Origin: Fibrobacteria bacterium | Lineage (GTDB): Bacteria > Fibrobacterota > Chitinivibrionia > Chitinivibrionales > FEN-1185 | Assembly: GCA_037447435.1 (NCBI GenBank) | Contig: JBBIGR010000010.1 | Span: 32,001 to 96,000 of the forward strand | Length of the DNA stretch: 64,000 nucleotides | Direction: 5' to 3' | Shown here: piece after piece, positions 1-8,390 of the stretch | Layout: each line of letters begins with the position of its first letter | Position numbering within the stretch: position 1 is the first letter of the stretch | Program-made: the position numbers and the translations under genes | Notes under the pieces: generated by a model | What the model was told of the DNA's origin: nothing | Seen by the model: only the letters and a program-made list of their open reading frames with translations | The model's database searches: none

Positions 1-185
1 CATCGACGCTTGGCGTTCGGTAGGAAAAATTGAAATATTCCTTTTACTTTTGCTATGATTTAATGCATTATATTATATAATAAAGCGTTATGTTAATCCG
101 TAACGTTGTAACGGGATAGTTTCGCAACGGTCATATCTGTGCGGAGATATTTTACCAGGACACCCTTAGTAATTAAGAAGGCCAC

Positions 186-1730
186 ATGATCATAAAACAA
201 TACAGGGTAGCTATTACCGGACCGAATTCTTTGATTTATGATAAGATCATAAACCTTTTTTCCTCTTCCGGGGAAGATACGTTCGTCATCAGCAGCTTTC
301 CCAGACTTTCCGATGCCATGCAGGCTTCCGCGACTTCCGTATTCGAGGCAATGCTTGTCGTCGGCCCCCAGGAACCGTTTCAGGCCAAAGAACTCGCTGC
401 ACAATGCTTCGCCTCAGAGCATGAGTTTCCCATTATGTATGTGGCGCAATCGTCAAACGAACAGCTTGAGGATTGCGTGCTCACTTCGGGGTTCGATGAA
501 TACCTTGCGATTGAGGAACTGACGCCGCGTTTGTTGCGTCATGCAATCGTGGCATCGGTGCACCGGACAAAAATGCAGTCGTTGCTTCGGCACGAGCGCG
601 ATTTGCTGCAAACCCTTATGGACAGCATTCCCGACACTATTTACTTCAAAGACAAGGAGTCCCGTTTCACGCGCATCAATAAGGCGCAGGAAAAAGTCCT
701 CGGCATTGCAAACGGCAATGAGGCCATAGGAAAAACCGATTTTGACTTTTTCGATCATGCAAAGCAGGCCTTCGAAGACGAACACCGCATCATAGAAACC
801 GGCGAACCCATTATCGACAAGCAAGAAACGGTCCGGCGCGCCGACGGCGAGCACCGGTATTGTTCGGCCACGAAAGTCCCGATACGCAATAAAACCGGGG
901 CGATAATCGGGACGGTGGGCATTACGCGCGACATCACCGATCGCGTCAAGGCCGAAAAAGAACTTGCAGAAGTCAAAGAACGGTTGGAGCAGACGATGCA
1001 GGGAATTCAGGAAGAGCTCGAAATGGCCCGGCAAATTCAGAAATCCTTATTGCCGACTACCTTACCGGAAGTCAAAGGCATGACCTCGGCGTCCGCGTAT
1101 ATTCCGTGCAGCGCAATCGGAGGCGATTTTTACGATGTCATGCGCATCGACGAAAACCGCCTGGCAATTCTCATGTTCGACGTGGTCGGGCACGGCGTTC
1201 CTGCGGCCCTTATCGCCGCGCTGGGCAAGGCCATGTTCGGCGTCCATATGCATCGGGGCACGTCGCCGTCCGAAGTACTCGATCTTGTCAACAAAGACCT
1301 GTTCGAACATTTTAACGGGAAACGGTATTTGGCTGCGTATTACGGCATACTCGATACCAAAAATCTTACTTTCGAATATTCAAAAGGCGGACATCCCCCC
1401 GCAATTTTGATACACGGCGACACAAAGGAACTCGACATGTTGTCGACCGCCGGTCTGTATGTCGGACTTTTTCACGACAGTAAATTCGAACAAAAGAAAA
1501 TTTCCTATAAATCCGGCGACCGTCTCATTATTTTTACCGACGGTCTGATCGAAGCCTTTGATAAAAACGAAAAATATTTCGGGCTCAAATCGCTAAAAGA
1601 CACCTTGGTTGAAATGGCCGATATGCCCATCGATGTTCTGGTTTCGGCGGTACTCAACAAACAACGCGCGCATTCGCAAGGATCTTCCCACATCGACGAT
1701 ATCACCATGCTCGCTCTGCAATTCAAATAA
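186..1730 (+). CDS. SpoIIE/RsbU-like PP2C phosphatase with PAS domain and degenerate N-terminal receiver-like domain
   Basis: PAS segment 'LMDSIPDTIYFKDKESRF...GTVGITRDIT'; PP2C motifs 'GGDFYD', 'DVVGHG', 'FTDGLIE', 'DDIT'. Confidence 0.9.
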   Translation: MIIKQYRVAITGPNSLIYDKIINLFSSSGEDTFVISSFPRLSDAMQASATSVFEAMLVVGPQEPFQAKELAAQCFASEHEFPIMYVAQSSNEQLEDCVLTSGFDEYLAIEELTPRLLRHAIVASVHRTKMQSLLRHERDLLQTLMDSIPDTIYFKDKESRFTRINKAQEKVLGIANGNEAIGKTDFDFFDHAKQAFEDEHRIIETGEPIIDKQETVRRADGEHRYCSATKVPIRNKTGAIIGTVGITRDITDRVKAEKELAEVKERLEQTMQGIQEELEMARQIQKSLLPTTLPEVKGMTSASAYIPCSAIGGDFYDVMRIDENRLAILMFDVVGHGVPAALIAALGKAMFGVHMHRGTSPSEVLDLVNKDLFEHFNGKRYLAAYYGILDTKNLTFEYSKGGHPPAILIHGDTKELDMLSTAGLYVGLFHDSKFEQKKISYKSGDRLIIFTDGLIEAFDKNEKYFGLKSLKDTLVEMADMPIDVLVSAVLNKQRAHSQGSSHIDDITMLALQFK

Positions 1731-1830
1731 AAAAATTCATTGTCTGCACTCTGCTAAAACCATAGTCTCTAAAGTATAATCGCGTTCCCCAGCGCCGGTG
1801 GCGGGCAGGGGAGCGCGGGCCAATTTACCC

Positions 1831-1859
1831 TTGCAATATTTTAAAAGCCATGGTACCAT
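1831..1859 (+). promoter_or_regulatory. Candidate sigma70 promoter for the Cache/MCP genes
   Basis: TTGCAA (1831-1836), 17-nt spacer, TACCAT (1854-1859) preceded by TGn. Confidence 0.45.
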
Positions 1860-1915
1860 TCAAAACATGCATAACAATTGCACTGTTTTCACCCATTTTT
1901 TTATTGGAGGTTGTC

Positions 1916-2377
1916 ATGAAATTATCACGATTCGCAGCAGTTGCGGGATTTGCGTTTTTGCTTGCACAATTCTCTTTTGCCGGTGATGCGACAAAGAAAG
2001 ATGCAACGGCAATGGTGGACAAGGCGATTGCGTATGTCAAAGCAAACGGGACCGACAAGGCTTTTGCGGCTTTCATGGATACGACCGGACAATTTATAAA
2101 AGGTGAATTGTACGTTTTCGTGTACGATTTCAACGGCGTTTGCCTTGCACACGGCCAAAAACCCAAACTCGTGGGTAAGAACCGTTTGGATGTCGAGGAT
2201 GTCAATGGCAAAAAATACATTCAGGAAATGATTACCATTGCAAAGGAAAAAGGAACCGGTTCGGTCGATTATATGTTCCAAAATCCCGAAACTAAAAAAG
2301 TGGAGCCGAAGACTTCGTTCTTTACGAGAATTCCGGGGAAAGACATGCTGGTGGCGTGCGGAATTTATAAAAAATAA
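1916..2377 (+). CDS. Stand-alone secreted single-Cache (sCache_2-like) protein
   Basis: GGAGG RBS before ATG 1916; signal peptide; 'ELYVFVYDFNGVCLAHG..P.LVGKN..D..DVNGK' motif. Confidence 0.85.
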   Translation: MKLSRFAAVAGFAFLLAQFSFAGDATKKDATAMVDKAIAYVKANGTDKAFAAFMDTTGQFIKGELYVFVYDFNGVCLAHGQKPKLVGKNRLDVEDVNGKKYIQEMITIAKEKGTGSVDYMFQNPETKKVEPKTSFFTRIPGKDMLVACGIYKK

Positions 2378-2458
2378 CAGACTAAATACTGTCGGCGATT
2401 CTTTATCTCACGGTATAGGGGGCTTACGTAAACAGTAACCGCGCTGAAGGAAGTATTT

Positions 2459-4132
2459 ATGTACAAATGGTATTTGAGCCAGCGGCTTTCGGTCAAATTG
2501 GTGCTGCCGTCAATTCTCATCGTCGTGTTGCTGGCCCTCGCCGGAGTTTACGTCTACATACTTGCCCGGGAACAGCAGACTTTGCAACAGTCGATCAATT
2601 CCGAATCCCGGTCCGCACGAAAGCTTTCCAGCCTGATCGAATCCTATAATCGGACGCAATCCCATTTGTATAAATCGGTGGCTCTCAGTTTTGCCGGCAT
2701 CGACAAAGCGAAAATTACCAAGGATATGGCCGGGTATATTTCAATGCAGCCGATGCTTGAAAAAGACCTCGCCGATTTGGCTTCATTGAAGGTTTTCGCA
2801 TCGGCGGCCAATGATTTTAAAACCATACAAACCCAGTCGAGCGAATATTTCAAATGGGTCAAGGAAGTGTCCGACAATTTCGATGATCCGGGAATGGCTG
2901 CATCGAATATGGTGACTACCGAGACCAAGTTTTCCAATTTGCGGCAAACCCTCGAATCGATTTTCAATTTGCAGGAAAAAAGAATGTCTCTTGTTATTAA
3001 AAATGCCGAATCGAGCCTGACCGGATTAACGCGCGGGCAATTGGTATCGACCATTGTCGTGGCGATTATTGCAATCGGGATTTCATTGTTGAATCTCTGG
3101 ATGTTTAAGTCGTTTGTCAATAAAGCCAAGGAAGACGTCGGCATCATTGCAAAAGGCGATTTTGCTCATGAACTTTCCGTGACCAGCGGCGATGAGCTCG
3201 GCGAACTTGCAATGTCGGTCGAGCAAATGCGAAAAAGCATTCACGGGCTTTTGGGCGGGCTTAAAACAACGGCATTGCGTCTAACGGAATCGTCTACCAC
3301 CCTGCACGAATTGTCCGGAGAATTAACGCGCGATGCTTCCACGGTCGACGATCGGACCAATGTCATTTCTTCCGCCGGTCGCGATGTGTCGAATCTGGCC
3401 GATCGTATGGCTCATGAAGCGCAAAATGTTTCAAAGGGTTCCGCTTCTACCGCCAGTTCCCTCGAAGAAATGAAAAATACCATACAGGAAATTTCACGCA
3501 ACTGCATTCGTGAAGTCGAAATGGCCCAATCATCCGCAAAAACAGTGGGCGATGTCATAGAGGGAATGAACGAACTGGGAAAGGCGTCAAAGGAAATCGG
3601 CGGCATACTTAAAATGATAGATGATATTGCCGGCAAGACCCGGTTGCTGGCATTGAATGCGACGATAGAAGCCGCGTCTGCCGGTGAAGCCGGACGAGGG
3701 TTCTCGGTCGTTGCCGAAGAAGTCAAAGCTTTGGCAGTACAGAGCAATTCCGCAGCCAGCCAGATCGAACAAAAAATATCGGCCATGCAATCCCAGGTCG
3801 ATAATGCCATACGGGCCACGAAAGAAATCAGCAACGTAATCGAACAGTTTTCGGAAATTTCGCGGACCATTTCAGCCGCGGTGGAGGAACAATCCGTTAC
3901 CGTGAGCGAAATCGCCAAAGCGGTCGGCGAAGTGTCGCAATCGAGCAACGAGCTGGTTTGCGGCATGGAAGATGTTTCGAAGAGAAGTTTACAAGTGCTC
4001 AATGCGATCAAGGACGTCGGCGAGGTGGTCAAAAGCACGGCAAAAGAGGCCGGTTTAACATCGGAGAATTCGGGGACCTTGAAAGCAATGGCCAACGAAC
4101 TCAACAGTAGCGTCGCACGGTTTACGGTGTAA
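2459..4132 (+). CDS. Methyl-accepting chemotaxis protein (2 TM, helical periplasmic domain, HAMP)
   Basis: HAMP 'DELGELA'; signalling tip 'TRLLALNATIEAASAGEAGRGFSVVAEEVK'. Confidence 0.93.
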   Translation: MYKWYLSQRLSVKLVLPSILIVVLLALAGVYVYILAREQQTLQQSINSESRSARKLSSLIESYNRTQSHLYKSVALSFAGIDKAKITKDMAGYISMQPMLEKDLADLASLKVFASAANDFKTIQTQSSEYFKWVKEVSDNFDDPGMAASNMVTTETKFSNLRQTLESIFNLQEKRMSLVIKNAESSLTGLTRGQLVSTIVVAIIAIGISLLNLWMFKSFVNKAKEDVGIIAKGDFAHELSVTSGDELGELAMSVEQMRKSIHGLLGGLKTTALRLTESSTTLHELSGELTRDASTVDDRTNVISSAGRDVSNLADRMAHEAQNVSKGSASTASSLEEMKNTIQEISRNCIREVEMAQSSAKTVGDVIEGMNELGKASKEIGGILKMIDDIAGKTRLLALNATIEAASAGEAGRGFSVVAEEVKALAVQSNSAASQIEQKISAMQSQVDNAIRATKEISNVIEQFSEISRTISAAVEEQSVTVSEIAKAVGEVSQSSNELVCGMEDVSKRSLQVLNAIKDVGEVVKSTAKEAGLTSENSGTLKAMANELNSSVARFTV

Positions 4133-4151
4133 AAAAAACGGGCCGGTAATG

Positions 4152-4190
4152 AAAAACCCCCGATGCAAACTATGCGTCGGGGGTTTTTTT
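4152..4190. terminator. Bidirectional intrinsic terminator between convergent MCP and typA
   Basis: AAAAA-CCCCCGATGCA-aacta-TGCGTCGGGGG-TTTTTTT. Confidence 0.85.
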
Positions 4191-5988
4191 ATTCTTTCAT
4201 CGTCAGAACGGAAGAGGGGTCGCGTTTACGCAACCTGATGCTTAACGGAGTGACCTCGACGAGTTCGTCATCATTGATATAGGCGATACAATCTTCCAAC
4301 GTCATATTCCGATGCGGGGTTAAGACCGCGGCATCGTCGGCACCGGAAGATCTCATATTCGTAAGTTTTTTCGCTTTGCCCGGATTAACCGTCAAGTCAT
4401 TTTCGCGGGAATGTTCGCCGACGATTTGTCCTCTATAGAGTTTGACCTGGGGTCCAATGAACAGTATTCCGCGGTCCTGCAAATGCCATAGGGCAAAGGC
4501 AACGCTCACGCACGGGTCTTTGGTCACCATGACGCCGTTGGTTCGCGTACGGATTTCACCGGCATAGGGACCATATTCCAAAAACATGTAATTCATGGTT
4601 CCCATTCCCTTGGTGTCGGTCATGAACTCCGATCGATAGCCCAGTAATCCGCGCGTCGGAATTTTAAAATTCAAACGGGTCAAGCCGCCGGGGTTATTCA
4701 TATTTAATAACTGGCCTTTTCGGCGTCCGAGTTTTTCTATAACGGCACCGACGTATTTTTCGTCGACATCAACCGTTAATTCTTCATACGGTTCAAGTTT
4801 TACCCCGTTTTCTTCTTTCATGATTACTTGCGGGCTGGTTACCTGAAATTCGTATCCTTCGCGGCGCATCCGTTCTATGAGAATAGACAAATGCAATTCA
4901 CCGCGTCCCGACACCTTGTTTCCCATAGTGTCTTTTAAAGGCTCGACGGTCAATGCCACATCCGACAATATTTCGCGTTGTAAACGGTCCTGCACATGAC
5001 GCGAGGTCACGAATTTCCCCTCTGTTCCGGCAAACGGGGAATCATTGGGAATAAAATTCATGGAAATTGTCGGCGGGTCTATTACGGTCGGTGGCAACGG
5101 ATTGGGTGAAAGCGGGTCGGTAAACGTGACGCCGACGGTTACTTCTTCCATGCCTGCAACTGCTACGATTTCACCGGTAGACGCGGTTTCCGTGGGGACT
5201 TTGCTGTTGCCTTCGAAGCGGTACAACTTGGTTATGCGGACCGGTACCAAAGATCCATCCCGAAGCGCAACTGCGATGTCTTTATTGATGTTGAGCGTGC
5301 CCGCGGTGATTTTTCCGATTCCCAGGCGTCCCAAATACGGAGAATAATCGATGGACGAAATTAACATTTGTAAGGGTGCGTCCGGGTCGCCTTTAGGCGG
5401 CGGAATATGCTTTATAATGGCGTCGTACAATGGTCCCATGGTCATGGAATCGTCATCCGGATCGTTTCTTGCATAGCCGTCCTTTGCCGATGCGTATACA
5501 ATAGGGAAGTCCAGCACGTCGTCCGGCGCTTCGAGTTTTACGAAAAGATCAAAAACCTGATTCACGGTCCATACGGAACGTGCGGCGGGTTTGTCGATTT
5601 TATTGATGACCACTATAACCGGCAGATTAAGTGCCAGCGCTTTTTTCAGCACGAAATACGTTTGCGGCATGGGGCCTTCGGCTGCATCGACGAGCAATAA
5701 AGCGCCGTCGGCCATTTTCAGTACTCTTTCGACCTGTCCGCCGAAATCCGCATGACCCGGCGTATCGATGATATTGATGATATGGCTTCGGTATTTAAAA
5801 GACCCGTTTTTGGCGGAAATTGTTATGCCGCGTTCACGTTCCAAATCCATGGAATCCATGAGGCGTTCGGCAACCACCTGATTGTCGCGAAACATACCGC
5901 TTTGTTTGAATAATTGATCGACAAGTGATGTTTTGCCATGGTCGACATGCGCGATAATTGCAATATTTCTAATGAATCGTTGGCTCAT
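4189..5988 (-). CDS. typA: Translational GTPase TypA/BipA
   Basis: 'RNIAIIAHVDHGKT', 'DTPGHADFGG', 'SGRGELHL', 'K.LTNMRSSGAD', 'DDELVEVTP..IRLRK'. Confidence 0.97.
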   Translation of the reverse strand: MSQRFIRNIAIIAHVDHGKTSLVDQLFKQSGMFRDNQVVAERLMDSMDLERERGITISAKNGSFKYRSHIINIIDTPGHADFGGQVERVLKMADGALLLVDAAEGPMPQTYFVLKKALALNLPVIVVINKIDKPAARSVWTVNQVFDLFVKLEAPDDVLDFPIVYASAKDGYARNDPDDDSMTMGPLYDAIIKHIPPPKGDPDAPLQMLISSIDYSPYLGRLGIGKITAGTLNINKDIAVALRDGSLVPVRITKLYRFEGNSKVPTETASTGEIVAVAGMEEVTVGVTFTDPLSPNPLPPTVIDPPTISMNFIPNDSPFAGTEGKFVTSRHVQDRLQREILSDVALTVEPLKDTMGNKVSGRGELHLSILIERMRREGYEFQVTSPQVIMKEENGVKLEPYEELTVDVDEKYVGAVIEKLGRRKGQLLNMNNPGGLTRLNFKIPTRGLLGYRSEFMTDTKGMGTMNYMFLEYGPYAGEIRTRTNGVMVTKDPCVSVAFALWHLQDRGILFIGPQVKLYRGQIVGEHSRENDLTVNPGKAKKLTNMRSSGADDAAVLTPHRNMTLEDCIAYINDDELVEVTPLSIRLRKRDPSSVLTMKE

Positions 5989-6234
5989 TGTGCCTAGCGT
6001 TACCTACTGGATTATGGTGAAAATTAAAAACAGTGTCGCGCGAACAATCGAGGGATATGAAACCGGTATTGTGCGGAAATTTACCCTGGAACTCTGCGAG
6101 CTACTGCGGAATGCGTACTTATTTAAGCAAGCTAAAATACATGATTTATTCAACACCTATTCAATATTACCGTTTTTATCGCATTTTTTGTTGTGGGCGG
6201 CATGGGAGAACCTTCCATGCCGCTGTTGAATTTG

Positions 6235-6723
6235 TCACTTTTTCCGTCTGAAAGGAACAATATTGTCGGCTTTTTGCGGCGTATTCTCTTGTGCGGAATT
6301 ATTTGCTTTTGCCGGCTGCTCTTCGGCGGGAATCGAATTTTCTGCCTGTTCTCCGTTCAAACGTACTTTAATGAATTTGAATTCGTACGTACGTTCGGGA
6401 TTTTGAAACCCGCCCTTTACGATATGGGGCGGCTGAAGTTTCAAAACCTGTTGTTGCGGCGGAAATGTGCTTAACGCCGCAAAATACATCCATATCCATT
6501 TTCCGACGGGCATTTCCAAGTCGTCAAGAACGTATCCCGTGCACACGCCGTAGCCGTTGAATTCCCAGCCTTCGTCGTCGGGTAACGGTTCGGTACCTAC
6601 TTTGCGTCCAAGAAGACAAAAGAGATCGTTATTGAATGGAAAATCAATCACATCCTTGGGGTCGACATATCGTGCCGCGTAATCGATGATATCCGTACGG
6701 GACATGGTCGCTTTCGGGTTCAT
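6235..6723 (-). CDS. Hypothetical protein with a disordered linker and C-terminal 'DNIVPFRRKK'
   Basis: 162-aa ORF filling the gap; AAGGGA RBS-like sequence upstream; protein-like composition. Confidence 0.7.
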   Translation of the reverse strand: MNPKATMSRTDIIDYAARYVDPKDVIDFPFNNDLFCLLGRKVGTEPLPDDEGWEFNGYGVCTGYVLDDLEMPVGKWIWMYFAALSTFPPQQQVLKLQPPHIVKGGFQNPERTYEFKFIKVRLNGEQAENSIPAEEQPAKANNSAQENTPQKADNIVPFRRKK

Positions 6724-6847
6724 GGCAAATCCCTTTTGAAAAAAGGCGTTTTGAAGCGGCTATAAATTACAATAAAAATGCAGACCCTGCAAGTTCGAAC
6801 CGGCGGCAAAATAATTATGTTCCGAAATTGTAGTCGCGTTAATTATA

Positions 6848-6860
6848 TTAACAATGTTAA
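6848..6860. promoter_or_regulatory. Perfect palindrome, candidate TetR operator
   Basis: TTAACA-A-TGTTAA, 36 nt upstream of the tetR start in the divergent intergenic region. Confidence 0.45.
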
Positions 6861-6896
6861 AAAAATGAACAGTAGTATATTTCACAAGGAGGGCGT

Positions 6897-7481
6897 ATGG
6901 ACAAAACGATTCAGGAAGAGCGCGTTCGCGGATTTTTTATCGAAGCGGCAAAGGATCTTATCCGTGCCGAAGGTTTGGCCGTCGTTACGGCGAGAAACGT
7001 TGCCGAACGCGCAGGGTATTCGTATGCGACATTATATAATTATTTCCACGATATCCGGGATTTGATTTTTTGTTGCATCGAAGACTTTATGGACGAATGT
7101 CGTGAATTTATCGATCATGAGGACAAAAAGACCGATTCTTTGGAAGGAAAATTGCTTTTGATTTCAAAATCATTTGCAAAGTTTTTCATTCAATACCCGG
7201 GCATTTTCGGCCTTTTATATGAGCAAAAATCCAATGCAATCGCGACTAAAAACTCCAATTTCGGCAAAATAGGCGCCTTTTTCGATTCGCTGACCAATGA
7301 TACATGGAAGGAGATCGGGAAAAAAAATAAATTCACCGCTCACTCCCTCGAAACCAGGCGAAAAACCCATGCGCTTGCTTTGCATGGAATGCTTATGATG
7401 CATATTAACGGACGGGACAATCAGGAGTATCCCGGCTTGCTTAAGGAAATAGAAAAATGCACCGGATTTGCAACGGAATAA
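6897..7481 (+). CDS. TetR/AcrR-family transcriptional regulator
   Basis: HTH 'EGLAVVTARNVAERAGYSYATLYNYF'; AAGGAGG RBS. Confidence 0.92.
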   Translation: MDKTIQEERVRGFFIEAAKDLIRAEGLAVVTARNVAERAGYSYATLYNYFHDIRDLIFCCIEDFMDECREFIDHEDKKTDSLEGKLLLISKSFAKFFIQYPGIFGLLYEQKSNAIATKNSNFGKIGAFFDSLTNDTWKEIGKKNKFTAHSLETRRKTHALALHGMLMMHINGRDNQEYPGLLKEIEKCTGFATE

Positions 7482-7547
7482 GTTTTGTTTGTCGTAAGTC
7501 CGTAATTTCCCTTCGGTAGGCAGGGCGCAATAAATTGCATTATTTGA

Positions 7548-7576
7548 TAGACTTTGGAAAATCATCAAGGTATAAT
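7548..7576 (+). promoter_or_regulatory. Candidate sigma70 promoter
   Basis: TAGACT, 17-nt spacer, TATAAT (7571-7576), upstream of the lipoprotein gene. Confidence 0.45.
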
Positions 7577-7639
7577 CAGGTATTATCCCGATACAAACGT
7601 CTGGTTTTTTCCATCCTTTATCAATAACAGGAGGCGTAC

Positions 7640-8263
7640 ATGAAACTTTTTAAAACCCTGATTGCGGCAGCCGCAGTGTTAAGCCTGTCGTCATGCGATT
7701 TCGGACCGGCTCTAATTTATCAAGCACAAATGCCGGAATTCAAGCCGATCGACGGAAAAGCGAGGCTTGTTCTGATACGGCCGAAACCCGGTTTTTCGAT
7801 ATCTCTGGGAGGCTCCACTAATCCCAACGACATTATCACGTCCGTCTATCTTGATGCAAAGTATGTTTCCGAAACCTATTTCAGCACCGTCGTTTCCTTT
7901 CCGGTCGAACCCGGAGAACATTACATCTTTGCACGGTCTAAAGGGTTCGGCATGGCAAAGCCTATGGGAAAAGTGAAATTTAATTTTCAGGCCGGAAAAG
8001 TCTATTACCTCAATCTTAAGGTCGCCGTGGCTCCGACACCGGTAGGAGAAGTGCAAAGTTGCTTGCTCGATCCGATAGCCATCGATGAAGCCACTAAATT
8101 GCTTACCGAGAAAAAAGACCTTCGCTATGGTGAATTCGATACCAGTAAAAAACGGGATGACCTTGATCAAAAGGAATTCGCTTCACTGGAACGCGATTAC
8201 TCCAAATGGGTAAACGACAAACCCAACGATGCGAAAAAAGAATCCGAGTATCCCGGATATTGA
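7640..8263 (+). CDS. DUF2846-like lipoprotein
   Basis: Lipobox LSSC; 'KARLVLIRP...VYLD....','VEPGEHYI','AGKVYY' pattern. Confidence 0.7.
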   Translation: MKLFKTLIAAAAVLSLSSCDFGPALIYQAQMPEFKPIDGKARLVLIRPKPGFSISLGGSTNPNDIITSVYLDAKYVSETYFSTVVSFPVEPGEHYIFARSKGFGMAKPMGKVKFNFQAGKVYYLNLKVAVAPTPVGEVQSCLLDPIAIDEATKLLTEKKDLRYGEFDTSKKRDDLDQKEFASLERDYSKWVNDKPNDAKKESEYPGY

Positions 8264-8284
8264 AATCGGTTCGGACAAAAAGTA

Positions 8285-8320
8285 AAAAAGAGCGCTTTTA
8301 AATCAAAAAGCGCTCTTTTT
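8285..8320. terminator. Bidirectional intrinsic terminator
   Basis: AAAAAGAGCGCTTTT-aaatca-AAAAGCGCTCTTTTT between convergent genes. Confidence 0.85.
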
Positions 8321-8390
8321 ATTTACCATTCGTGTTAAGGTGACACTGCCGCGTCCGCGAAGCTTTCGCAAGGGGAAAAACCGCATAAAA

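Noticed and set aside
1781..1817. 'GTTCCCC..GCG..GGGG' resembles a type I-E CRISPR repeat
   Set aside because: Single copy, no spacers and no cas genes
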